Source: Burkholderiales bacterium
Lineage (GTDB): Bacteria; Pseudomonadota; Gammaproteobacteria; Burkholderiales; Casimicrobiaceae
DNA: 64,000 nucleotides
NCBI GenBank assembly: GCA_016790165.1
Contig: JAEUPL010000017.1
Location: 18,983 to 82,982 of the forward strand
Reading direction: 5' to 3'
Below are positions 38,359 to 47,813 of the stretch, one piece after another. The notes beneath the pieces were generated by a model. It made no database searches and was not told the DNA's origin. It saw only the letters and a list, made by a program, of their open reading frames with translations. The position numbers and the translations under genes are program-made. How positions within the stretch are numbered: the first letter of the stretch is position 1; every line of letters starts with the position of its first letter.

Positions 38359-39297
38359 TCACCGCGTCTCAACGCGCGGCGACCCGGCGTTGGCGGGGCG
38401 AGCACGGTGCCACGCAGTGATCGCGCCGACGGCTTCCTCCGCGGCCTCCTCCCACGGGAAGTGCCCGCAGTTGGCAATGGGCACGACCGTCGAGCGCGGA
38501 AACATCGTGCGCCAGCGCGCCAGCTCCCGCGCACGAAACGCGATGTCGCGATCCGGCCAGAGAAACAGGAACTGTCGTTCATCCAGCGTTGCGAGACCCT
38601 GCGCAAGCGTGGTCAGAAACGGCCGGCTGTGCAGGATGTGTTTCGGAAACTCATGGCTACCCCGGGCGTTACCGCTCCAGCGAACCGGTGCGCGGTAGGC
38701 GGCGATCACCTCGGGCGGCAACGCTCCCCGGCGCATCGACAGCGGGATGAAACTGTTGACGAAAAAGTTGAAGTGTCGCGCGCCCCACCGGCCGAGCGGC
38801 CCGCCCATGACCCGCGAAAACCATTCGAAGTGCAGGGTGCCGTTGACCGGCCACGCCCACGTGTTGCCGAGCACAAAGCGCGTCAGCGAACCGGGCAACA
38901 GCTGCGCCGATGAGAGACCAATCGGGCCACCCCAGTCGTGCGCGATCAGCGTTCCGTCTCGCACATCAAGATGCGCGAGCAGCGCAACCACGGTGTCACG
39001 GTAGGCCTCGGGTGTGTACTCAAAGTCCTCGGGAGCCAGCGACAGCCCGAAGCCGGGCAGGTCGAGCGCGATGCAGCGAAACGTGGGCCGAAGGCCTGCC
39101 ACCAGTTTGCGGTAGAGAAAACTCCAGGTGGGATTGCCGTGCACCATGAACAAGACCGGCGCCGACCGGGGCCCCTCGTCCACGTAGTGCACGGCACTGC
39201 ACCGATGCAAGAATGTTCGCGACTCGAACGGGAATGCGCCGGGCTCAAGCCCCAGCGTTTGCTCAGCGAAGCGGTCGGGGCGAAGGGCGCTGCTCAC
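38359..39297 (-). CDS. alpha/beta hydrolase, haloalkane dehalogenase-like
   Basis: GTG start overlapping the upstream stop (GTGA). HGNPTWSFLYR, HDWGGPIG nucleophile motif, C-terminal CGHFPWEE. Confidence 0.8.
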   Translation of the reverse strand: MSSALRPDRFAEQTLGLEPGAFPFESRTFLHRCSAVHYVDEGPRSAPVLFMVHGNPTWSFLYRKLVAGLRPTFRCIALDLPGFGLSLAPEDFEYTPEAYRDTVVALLAHLDVRDGTLIAHDWGGPIGLSSAQLLPGSLTRFVLGNTWAWPVNGTLHFEWFSRVMGGPLGRWGARHFNFFVNSFIPLSMRRGALPPEVIAAYRAPVRWSGNARGSHEFPKHILHSRPFLTTLAQGLATLDERQFLFLWPDRDIAFRARELARWRTMFPRSTVVPIANCGHFPWEEAAEEAVGAITAWHRARPANAGSPRVETR

Positions 39298-40094
39298 GCG
39301 GCCACCGCACCGCGATGACCCGCTGCGCCGTCAAATTGGACGCGCAGATTGTCCAGTTCAATCCAGACCAGCGTCGGAAACGGTAGATGGCGATCACGTC
39401 CGAGCTGCGGATACACGACACGGCGGGTGTAGAAGCGCAGTCCATCGACGACCTCTGAAGCGGTGCACAGATTTGCAGCCTTTGCCCAGCGACCAATCAC
39501 GTCGGCGGTGTAGTCGTGGCGGGTGAGATGCAAATTCCGGGTCAGCACAAAACGCTGCGTCGCAGAATGCGTGATGATTGACGGGTCGAACGTGGCCCAG
39601 AGCTCACGTTGTCGGCGAGCCACCCCATCCATCGGCTCCCGTACGTCAACGCCAGCACTCAACAGGAGAAACGGAAACGACAGATAGTTCCACAGCGCGT
39701 ACCCGGCGAAGTACAGCATGTCGAGCTCATCCCATGCAAAGTTCTTGACGAAACGACGGAATGAGTACCGTGGATCGGCCCGCTCGCGAAACAGGGCACC
39801 GCGCTCGTCACGCAGTTGCACTCGCTGCGGCGTCCAGAGCCCGGTCCAGCCAGGTGTGTGAAAGTCCCGCAACACGACCCTGCGCGAATGCGGATGGACG
39901 CTGATGCGCAAATGCTTGAGCGCATTGCGCTGGCCGTGACTCGCAAAGGCAAAGCCGCCGGAGCACAAATCTGCTTCAATGCACTCCACTGCGTTCCAGC
40001 GTCTGTAACCTCCATGCGCTTCCGCGACATCCTCCAGCAGCGCGTCGGCACTGAGCATGCCGTCCAATTGCGCACGACCCATCACCATTGCCAT
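39294..40094 (-). CDS. hypothetical protein (no family recognised)
   Basis: ATG 40094 chosen within track ORF 39294-40169. High GC3. Translationally coupled to the downstream hydrolase. Confidence 0.55.
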   Translation of the reverse strand: MAMVMGRAQLDGMLSADALLEDVAEAHGGYRRWNAVECIEADLCSGGFAFASHGQRNALKHLRISVHPHSRRVVLRDFHTPGWTGLWTPQRVQLRDERGALFRERADPRYSFRRFVKNFAWDELDMLYFAGYALWNYLSFPFLLLSAGVDVREPMDGVARRQRELWATFDPSIITHSATQRFVLTRNLHLTRHDYTADVIGRWAKAANLCTASEVVDGLRFYTRRVVYPQLGRDRHLPFPTLVWIELDNLRVQFDGAAGHRGAVAA

Positions 40095-40159
40095 AGACTT
40101 GTCCCCGCATCGATTCTTGAGTTGACCTGTCAGTACTACGTTTGGGAATTGCAAAACGG

Positions 40160-40882
40160 ATGGAGCCACTACTCACCGAGCAGTTTGTTGCGGCCCGCAA
40201 GGAGCTCACGGCCTATGTCTGCCGACTGGTGATCCGGCCGCAACTGGCCGAAGATCTGGTGCAGAGCACGTACCTGCGTTGCCTGGAGGCGAAGGACCGG
40301 CTGCCGACCTCGGTGGACGGAATTCGAGGGTGGTTGTTCAAGGTGGCGTCCAATCTTGCCTTTGACGAGTTGCGTCGACATGGCCACTGGCGCGAGCACA
40401 TGCTGACTGATCTGCGCGACGCCGCCATTGCTGATCGGGCATTCGTCCAGCAGTCACTCGCGATGGCGGAAACACCAGAAACGAAAGCCATTGCACGTGA
40501 GCACGTCGTGGCCTGTGTTGCCTGCACGATGCGCAACCTGCCGGAACAAAAGGCAGCCGCGCTGCTGCTGGTCGAGGTTCATGGCTTCAGCGTCGATGAG
40601 GCGGCCGATTTGCTCGAAGCAACGGTCGGCCAGACCAAGAACTGGCTGCAGGAAGGTCGTGCGCACATGCTCAGGCGATACGATGCCACCTGCGCGTTGA
40701 TCAGCAAAACGGGCGTCTGCCACCAGTGCGAGGAGCTGGACGAATTCATGCGCGCGCATCAGGGGCGGCCACTTCCCGATGGCGCAACGCTCGACCACCG
40801 CCTTGCGCTTGTGCGCACGCACCGCGAAGTGCCTTGGTCCGGCTGGCACCGCATCATGCTCGAGCGCATTCCATCCGTTTAG
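40160..40882 (+). CDS. ECF-type RNA polymerase sigma factor with a Cys-rich C-terminal extension (CorE-like)
   Basis: ATG 40160 (TTG 40142 possible). Region 2 (AEDLVQSTYLR), region 4 (LPEQKAAALLLVEVHGFSVDEAADLL). CVAC at nt 40514-40525. C-x8-C-x2-C near nt 40688-40735. Confidence 0.8.
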   Translation: MEPLLTEQFVAARKELTAYVCRLVIRPQLAEDLVQSTYLRCLEAKDRLPTSVDGIRGWLFKVASNLAFDELRRHGHWREHMLTDLRDAAIADRAFVQQSLAMAETPETKAIAREHVVACVACTMRNLPEQKAAALLLVEVHGFSVDEAADLLEATVGQTKNWLQEGRAHMLRRYDATCALISKTGVCHQCEELDEFMRAHQGRPLPDGATLDHRLALVRTHREVPWSGWHRIMLERIPSV

Positions 40883-41147
40883 ACGAATGCAGTCGACGTC
40901 CGGGCAACAGGCCGGCCGTTGAATCGGCGCCGACGGCGAGGCACGCGTCAGCGCTCGGGTGCGGCTCCTGGACGCTTTTCCACACCATGCTTGGCCCGAG
41001 CGCATCAATACCCGAGATCGTACGGCGTCGCTTCACTGCCACCGCCTGGCCCCGGCCGACCGGATCAAAAAAGCATCCAGTTCAGCCCGCGAATTGCGGG
41101 GTTTGCGCTAATATCCCATTGTCATTATTGAATGTAAGGACTGTTCA

Positions 41148-42293
41148 GTGAAGTCAGCTCGGCGACGGCAGCAAAGGTGGCTCGGCAGCGCATTGGCTGG
41201 AACGCTATCGCTGTGTGCAGGCGTGTTTGGCGCCGCGGCCGGAGCAAAAGATATTGTCATTGCACAAGTGGCGCCGTTTTCCGGCGTTCAGGCCAGCGCC
41301 GGAAAGTCATACGCTGCAGGCTTGCGGCTCGCCTTCGCTGCGGTCAATGCAGCCGGGGGCATCAATGGCAATCAAATTCGTCTCGTGACCGCCGACGATG
41401 GCTACAAGCCAGAGGACACAGTGCGCCTCGCCAAAGAGATCATCGCTAAGGAATCTCCGGTCGCACTCGCCGCGACGGTGGGCACGGCCAACGCGGACGC
41501 ACTGATCAAAGCCAACGTGCTGACCGACAACGGCATTGCGTTGGTCGGGCCATCGTCCGGCGCCTCCAGCGTGATCGGCAAGCCAGGCGTTTTTGTCACA
41601 AAAGCGAGCTACGCCGATGAAGTCAATCAACTGCTGACGACACTCAGCAGCATGGGGCTTTCACGGGTTGCAGTGGTGTATCAGGACGATGGTTACGGCA
41701 AGGACCTCCTGGACGCCGCCACAGCGCTGGCAACGAAATACAAGATCGAGCTGGTTGCGCGCACGCCCTACGACCGCATTACCGGCGACATTGCGCCTGC
41801 AGTGAATGCCCTGTTGAAGGTCGACGCCCAGGTAATTTTTCTTGCGGCCATCTCCGCGCCCGCCGCGAATTTCATCAGGACCTACAAACAGCGGGGCGGC
41901 ACGGCGATGCTGATTGGCCCCTCGCCCGTGGACCTGTCGTACCTGCAAAAGAACGTTCCGAAAGAGCTACTGCGTGGCTACGTGGCGTCGACGGTTGGTC
42001 CGATCGAATCTCGCCTCACGCTGCCGGTGATTCGTGAGTACCTCAAGCAGAAAGCCGCCAACCCCTCGCCCGACTACGGCGTCCGGTCATTTGAGGGCTA
42101 TGTGTCAGGTCGCGTGCTGATCGCCGCCCTCCAGCGGAGCAAGAATTCGCCGGAGTCACTGGCGCAGGCATTGCGTGGACTGCGCGCGCTGGATCTGGGT
42201 GGCTACACCGTCGACTTCAGCGATCTCAAGCGCGGTGGCAGCAACTACGTTGACTTCGTGACGATTGATCGGTCCGGCTCGCTGGTCCGCTAG
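41148..42293 (+). CDS. ABC transporter substrate-binding protein, LivJ/type-1 PBP (branched-chain amino acid-like)
   Basis: GTG start with TAAGGA SD. Signal peptide. I.IAQV.P.SG..A..G pattern of Leu/Ile/Val-binding-protein-family receptors. Confidence 0.8.
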   Translation: MKSARRRQQRWLGSALAGTLSLCAGVFGAAAGAKDIVIAQVAPFSGVQASAGKSYAAGLRLAFAAVNAAGGINGNQIRLVTADDGYKPEDTVRLAKEIIAKESPVALAATVGTANADALIKANVLTDNGIALVGPSSGASSVIGKPGVFVTKASYADEVNQLLTTLSSMGLSRVAVVYQDDGYGKDLLDAATALATKYKIELVARTPYDRITGDIAPAVNALLKVDAQVIFLAAISAPAANFIRTYKQRGGTAMLIGPSPVDLSYLQKNVPKELLRGYVASTVGPIESRLTLPVIREYLKQKAANPSPDYGVRSFEGYVSGRVLIAALQRSKNSPESLAQALRGLRALDLGGYTVDFSDLKRGGSNYVDFVTIDRSGSLVR

Positions 42294-42401
42294 CAGCGAC
42301 ACCACCGGCTGGTCTGCCCGATCCGGGCGACGTCGGCGTGCCCCCGAAAGGGCGGTGGGCGCCGCCACCTAGAATGCCGGTTTTCCCTCGCTCCAGCGCG
42401 C

Positions 42402-43064
42402 ATGCTCGACTGCATCACACTCGAACCCCCGTCTCCCGCCACGGCGTGTGTCATCTGGATGCACGGCCTCGGCGCCGATGGCAACGATTTCGTCCCGATC
42501 GTACCGGAGCTGGGCTTGCCGGCCGACCACAGCGTGCGTTTCGTCTTCCCGAACGCACCGACCATGCCGGTGACCATCAATGGTGGTTACATCATGCGTG
42601 CGTGGTACGACATCGTGTCGGCCGAACTCGACAAGCGGGCCGACGAATCCGGCGTGCGCCGCTCGCAGTCGCTCATTGCCGAGTTGATTGCCGAGCAGAC
42701 ACGGCACGGCTTGGCCGCCGAGCGCATCGTGCTGGCCGGTTTTTCCCAGGGCGGGGTCATCGCGTTGCAAACCGGCCTGCGCTATCCGGCACGCCTGGCG
42801 GGCGTCATGGCGTTGTCGACCTACCTTGCCTGTGCCGACTCACTGGGCGCCGAGGCAACCACCGCCAATCGTGATCTGCCCATTTTTTTGGTGCACGGTT
42901 CGATGGATCCGGTGATTCCAGTGCAATTGGCGAAAATGTCCCGAGCCCGACTCGAGACGCACGGCTATCGCGTGGAATGGCACGAATACGGCATGCCGCA
43001 TTCGGTGTGCGCCGAAGAAGTCGAGGACATCAGCGTCTGGTTGAAGCGCGTTCTCGCGATCTGA
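42402..43064 (+). CDS. carboxylesterase/phospholipase family alpha/beta hydrolase (Abhydrolase_2)
   Basis: WMHGLGADG, GFSQGG nucleophile elbow, HGS.DPVIP, MPHSV catalytic His. Confidence 0.85.
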   Translation: MLDCITLEPPSPATACVIWMHGLGADGNDFVPIVPELGLPADHSVRFVFPNAPTMPVTINGGYIMRAWYDIVSAELDKRADESGVRRSQSLIAELIAEQTRHGLAAERIVLAGFSQGGVIALQTGLRYPARLAGVMALSTYLACADSLGAEATTANRDLPIFLVHGSMDPVIPVQLAKMSRARLETHGYRVEWHEYGMPHSVCAEEVEDISVWLKRVLAI

Positions 43065-43149
43065 CCGCCGTGTCGCGGATTGATTCGCCGGATACCGCGC
43101 ATCACGCGTTGACCACGCGAGCCTGTCGCGAACGTTGCGCACGGACGTC

Positions 43150-44142
43150 ATGTTGAGCCCGCTGCTGGCGACATTGCACCACGCCGACGTGCGTCGACTC
43201 GCGTGGGCGATCGGATCGCCATCGCTGTTTGATGCGCACCACCCTGATTGGCAGGGTCGTTTGCGCGACGATACCTGGTCACAGCGCGAGCTTGCCCGCT
43301 GCCACGACTGGTTGATCGAGCTGGATCGGGATCCGATCCGTAGGCAGGTATTGCTGGATGCGCTGGGTGACCCGGCCATCGCCACACCGCTTGGGCATAC
43401 GTTTGAGAAGCTGGTGCTGTTCTGGCAGGCTGCGCGACCGGATGTGCGTGCCGCGACACGCGGACTGATCGTGCGCGACAACCAACGGACAGTCGGCGAA
43501 TTCGATATCGTGCTGCTTCGTCACGATGGGGTCATCGAAACGCTGGAAGTCACGGTGAAGTACTACCTGAACCTGCGCCCCGACCTGGGCATGCCCGGCT
43601 GCATCGGTCCGCGCTCGTTTGATCGCATGGCCGAGAAGTACGCCAAGATGACCACGCGCCAAACCGACCTGGGTCACACCGAAGCCGGCCGCGCCGCCAT
43701 CGTGCGCTGGCTGGCTACGCTGGACTGTGCGCCCGGCAACGCCGACACGCTTGTGGTTGACAGTCACGCGATTGCGCGCGGCTACGTTTTTCACAGCGCA
43801 GAGGGCGATGCCTGCCCCACCGAGTTGTCCCCCAGTCACGCGCGTGGCCGCTGGCAGACCGACGCGCTGCCCCTGCCGGATGAAGGCGGCAAGACGCCGC
43901 CGTGGCGCCTGCTCGCGGGGCGCGAATGGCTGGGACCATATCGTGGAAGCGCCGCGAATAGCGGTTGGCCGAATGACCCCGCGATGCCGCTCTTGATGGC
44001 GCGTCTCGAAGCAAGCGACTCCAGCGCCGGCAACGCCAGCTATCAGGAAGTCGAGCGGAGATTCGTCGTGCGTGCTGACGCCGGCTTGTTCAACTCGTTC
44101 GACACACCCGCCGCGTCTGCCGCTGCGGCTACATCTGCTTGA
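43150..44142 (+). CDS. DUF1853 family protein (predicted PD-(D/E)xK-like fold)
   Basis: ATG 43150 (track start 43135 is TTG). G..FE.LV.FW.......R....L.V......T.GEFD.V.........LE..VK.YL pattern of DUF1853. Confidence 0.65.
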   Translation: MLSPLLATLHHADVRRLAWAIGSPSLFDAHHPDWQGRLRDDTWSQRELARCHDWLIELDRDPIRRQVLLDALGDPAIATPLGHTFEKLVLFWQAARPDVRAATRGLIVRDNQRTVGEFDIVLLRHDGVIETLEVTVKYYLNLRPDLGMPGCIGPRSFDRMAEKYAKMTTRQTDLGHTEAGRAAIVRWLATLDCAPGNADTLVVDSHAIARGYVFHSAEGDACPTELSPSHARGRWQTDALPLPDEGGKTPPWRLLAGREWLGPYRGSAANSGWPNDPAMPLLMARLEASDSSAGNASYQEVERRFVVRADAGLFNSFDTPAASAAAATSA

Positions 44143-44926
44143 AGAGATGCGAGAACGGCCGCGAAACCTTCAGCGTTTCGTTGTGGCCCTTGACTTTCAC
44201 CGTGGCATCGCCGCGAAAATCGCGCGTCACGCCAGCAATGGCATTGACATTGACGATGGTGCCGCGATGAATCTGCCAGAACACATTCGGGTCAAGTTCG
44301 TCGAGCAGCTCGCGCAATGGTTTGCGAATCAAGGCCTCTTCCGTCGCCGTCACCACGCGTGTGTATTTTTCATCGGAGTTGAAGAACAGCACGTCCTTCA
44401 CGTCGATCAGTTTCAGCGTATTGCCGAGTGACGCCTTGATCCAGCGCATGCGCTCCGCTGGCGCATCACCACGCATTTCGCGCTTGAGCGTCGCGATCAG
44501 CTGTGCCATGTTGTCCGGCAGATCGGGGGCATCGCGATCGTCATTCTCGATACGCTCGCGCAAACGCTCAATGGTCGTCGCGAGCCGGTCTTCCTGGATT
44601 GGCTTCAGCACATAGTCGACTGCGCCGCGCTCGAACGCCTCCACCGCATACTCGTGAAACGCAGTCACGAACACCACATGCGTGTCGGGGCTGTTTTCCG
44701 CAATGGCGGAGGCGACTTCGAGGCCGGTCATCTCAGGCATGCGAATGTCGAGAAACGCCACCGAAGGCTTCAATGTGGCGATCAGCTCCACCGCCGCAGC
44801 GCCGTGCTCGGCCTCGCCGACGACAGTGAGTTCCGGCCACAGCTTTTCGAGTTTCTTGCGCAGAAACTGCCTCAGCAGCGTTTCGTCTTCTGCGAGTACT
44901 GCGGTCACCGCACCCTGTGTTGTCAT
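44129..44926 (-). CDS. LytR/AlgR family response regulator (REC + LytTR DNA-binding domain)
   Basis: ATG 44926 preceded by GGAGTGAAGGA, 5 nt after the kinase stop. Receiver (LAEDE, FLDIRMP, TA..EYA) and LytTR (V..I.F...EKYT.V) motifs. Confidence 0.88.
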   Translation of the reverse strand: MTTQGAVTAVLAEDETLLRQFLRKKLEKLWPELTVVGEAEHGAAAVELIATLKPSVAFLDIRMPEMTGLEVASAIAENSPDTHVVFVTAFHEYAVEAFERGAVDYVLKPIQEDRLATTIERLRERIENDDRDAPDLPDNMAQLIATLKREMRGDAPAERMRWIKASLGNTLKLIDVKDVLFFNSDEKYTRVVTATEEALIRKPLRELLDELDPNVFWQIHRGTIVNVNAIAGVTRDFRGDATVKVKGHNETLKVSRPFSHLFKQM

Positions 44927-44930
44927 TCCT

Positions 44931-47069
44931 TCACTCCCATTCGCTGACAGTTTTTCCGTCGCCATCGCGCAGCGCCCCGCTGGCCACTTTGGCGATATCG
45001 ACCAACCACCAGATGCCGAGGCCGCCGAGCGTAAGTATCATCGCAAACGCACTGCCCGGCCGCCCGACGTAAAAGCGGTGGGCGCCGAGCACGCCAAGCG
45101 GCACCACCAGCACCAGAGCGATCGCACGGGAAAGTGGCGAGGCATTTTCATCGCGCGGTCGATGCGCTGGCCCCCGCGACTGGTATTCGCGGCGGTCGTC
45201 CTGTGACCAGCGCGCGATGCGGCGCCCCTGCCCGTCGTGAAACTCCCGCGTGCCAAGCCAGGTGAGATCGAGCACCACCCAGAGCAACAGCGGCAACAGA
45301 AAGATCGGCACCCCGCCGCTCAGGATCGAGAGAATGCCGAGGACGGCCTGCACCGCCGCGGTGCGACGATGCCCCACGTAAAAGCGATGCGCGCCGAGCC
45401 AGCCAAACGCCAGGGCAAGCAGCCCCGTGGTTTGCACCATGTAGGGCGAAATTCCATCGCCCACGGTGGCTTCACTCGCCACCATCGCGGGCGGCGATTT
45501 GGGCACGCGCAGAATAGCGCGCACGCCACTCGGTGCATTGGGCTCCACCAGCAACTGGCCCGTCTCGCCATAGAGCATCCGCAGGCGTTCGCGGGTATTC
45601 GCGAGCCCCACGCCCGTTCCCTGCGTGTTCGCTCCACCCAGGCCAAGACCGCTATCCGCGACCAGCACCTCAATCTGTTCGTCAACGAGGCGAACAATGA
45701 TCGCCACGCTGCCGCCCTCGCGCTTCGGCTCCAACCCGTGCTTGATCGCGTTCTCGACCAGCGTGGCAATCATGGTGGGCGGGAAGCTGAGGGCGGTCAT
45801 GTCCGCGGGACAGTCGATGCTGTAACTCAGGCGCTCGCCCATGCGAATTTTCAGCAGGTCAAGGTACGCACGAACCACCTCGACTTCGCGGCCGAGCGTA
45901 GAAGACGTCTCACGCATCGACGGCATCGCTGCCCGCAGATAGGAAATGAGTCGCTCCAGCATGGTGCTTGCCTGCGGCGGATCGATCTCTTGCAGCGCCT
46001 GCACATGCGCCAGTGTGTTGAACAAAAAGTGCGGTTCGACCTGGGCTCGCATCACCATCAGGCGCGCCTCAGCGAGCTGCCGCGCGTGGCTTTCGCTGCG
46101 TTCACGCGACTCGGCAATCGCCGCGCGCTGCTCCCCGCGGGCGGCGCGGCCGGCGAAAGTGCGCGCGATGAGCATCAGCAGGAACAAAGTCGACAGGACG
46201 ACCAGACTGATGCCGCCGAACACCACCTTGTCAACATCGCGCTTGACCGTGGTGTGAATGAGTGCGCGCGTTTCCGGGTCCAGATCGCTGACAGCCGGCG
46301 CGGGAGGCACGGGCGGTATGGGCGCCGTGGGCCTGGAGGCTGCAGCGACAGCGGACGGCAGCGATGGGCTGGCGGGCGGGGTCGCGCGATCCAGATTCAG
46401 CACCGCCTGCCCGCGATTGCCGAACACATTGAAGGTGAACACCGCCTCGGGCGCTGCGGCATCCCCTTGCGCCTCACGCGCGCTGTCACGCGCCTCCTTC
46501 AGGCGATCCTGCATCTCATGGAGCGCCTCGACGTGCTGCTGCAGCGTTTCCAGTTTGTTGTTGAGTTGTTCCAGTCCGCCTGTCGTGTCGATGCCGTCCG
46601 GGTTGCCTCGAAGCTTCGCCGCAAACAGTTCGATCGCGCGCGCGCTCCGCTTCACCTCCTCGCGCTGACCGTCGATCAGGCGCTGCAATTCGGTGATGCC
46701 ATGCACAGTCACCTCATGGCGCGGCGCCGAGAGGTCACGCTCCACGTCGACAATCGCGTCGTGTACCACCTTCAGGGCCTCGGCATCCGCGCCCGTGGCA
46801 ATCGACTGCACCCCGATCAACCCGGTGCGCGCCCGCTCCAGCACCTGCTTCTGCAGCGCCAGCCTGATTTCTCGCTGCGCGGCCGCTGCCTTGAGTGTTC
46901 GGTTGAGAAGGATCGTGTCAAACGGAACGGCAAACAGCGCCACCGCCGTGAGCACAATCAGGCCCCCGCTCAGCAAACGCCACCACGGCGTGCTGCCGAA
47001 ACCTTTCCAGAGGCGCTGGCGGGTAGTCGCCGCTGGCGGCGACAGCGCGGCGGGATCGGGCAAATTCAT
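44931..47069 (-). CDS. LytS-type sensor histidine kinase (His_kinase + HATPase_c) with a periplasmic coiled-coil domain and two C-terminal TM2 domains
   Basis: QVEPHFLFNTL H-box, ENAIKHG N-box, DSGLG / GTGVGL G-boxes. Two GAHRFYVG motifs (about nt 45062-45094 and 45361-45404) embedded in hydrophobic segments. Confidence 0.85.
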   Translation of the reverse strand: MNLPDPAALSPPAATTRQRLWKGFGSTPWWRLLSGGLIVLTAVALFAVPFDTILLNRTLKAAAAQREIRLALQKQVLERARTGLIGVQSIATGADAEALKVVHDAIVDVERDLSAPRHEVTVHGITELQRLIDGQREEVKRSARAIELFAAKLRGNPDGIDTTGGLEQLNNKLETLQQHVEALHEMQDRLKEARDSAREAQGDAAAPEAVFTFNVFGNRGQAVLNLDRATPPASPSLPSAVAAASRPTAPIPPVPPAPAVSDLDPETRALIHTTVKRDVDKVVFGGISLVVLSTLFLLMLIARTFAGRAARGEQRAAIAESRERSESHARQLAEARLMVMRAQVEPHFLFNTLAHVQALQEIDPPQASTMLERLISYLRAAMPSMRETSSTLGREVEVVRAYLDLLKIRMGERLSYSIDCPADMTALSFPPTMIATLVENAIKHGLEPKREGGSVAIIVRLVDEQIEVLVADSGLGLGGANTQGTGVGLANTRERLRMLYGETGQLLVEPNAPSGVRAILRVPKSPPAMVASEATVGDGISPYMVQTTGLLALAFGWLGAHRFYVGHRRTAAVQAVLGILSILSGGVPIFLLPLLLWVVLDLTWLGTREFHDGQGRRIARWSQDDRREYQSRGPAHRPRDENASPLSRAIALVLVVPLGVLGAHRFYVGRPGSAFAMILTLGGLGIWWLVDIAKVASGALRDGDGKTVSEWE

Positions 47070-47214
47070 GGCGGGCGAAGCAGGCTGGGTTTCCGATAGG
47101 TGAGCAGTGTGCCACCCGGAGCGAGCTCAAGCACGACCGGTGCGACGAGCCACCCAATCATTCGACGAATCGCGGGTAGGCCGCGTCGGCAGCAGCCTGC
47201 CGCCCGCCAGCGCC

Positions 47215-47544
<330 letters not shown>

Positions 47545-47688
47545 GGTGGCTTCCGGATCGGATTCGGGCGCTACCGCGAACAAGAGCGTTGGGCGGCACG
47601 CAACAATCAAAACAGCAGGACCGTATTTTGCCGCACTGCGCAAAGTCCCCCGGCGCGCCACCGATGCGCGTGCAGAACCTGGCGCTTA

Positions 47689-47806
47689 CAGCTTTTTCCA
47701 TCCAACCGCTGTCTTTCGGTGCTTTCAACGTGAAAAAGTACCAAGTCGATATAGACATTTTTTTGCCGTAAACGACCGCCAATTGGTCGCTTAAGCCTAA
47801 AAGCTG
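47689..47806. repeat. 118-bp bipartite intergenic element, copy 4 (59+59 nt arms)
   Basis: CAGCTTTTT 47689-47697, centre AGTCGAT 47744-47750, AAAAGCTG 47799-47806. Lies between the livF-like stop and the fdxA start. Confidence 0.75.
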
Positions 47807-47813
47807 TTCGCGC

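Noticed and set aside
45237-47099. 620-aa ORF on the plus strand. The same applies to 9675-10943 (422 aa), 19486-20658 (390 aa), 55899-56453 and many other 100-400-aa ORFs in the track.
   Set aside because: All are antisense or out of frame relative to genes with clear family motifs (histidine kinase, FtsX permease, DEAD-box helicase, Moco oxidoreductase). Their compositions are Arg/Gly/Pro-rich, and no domains are recognisable.
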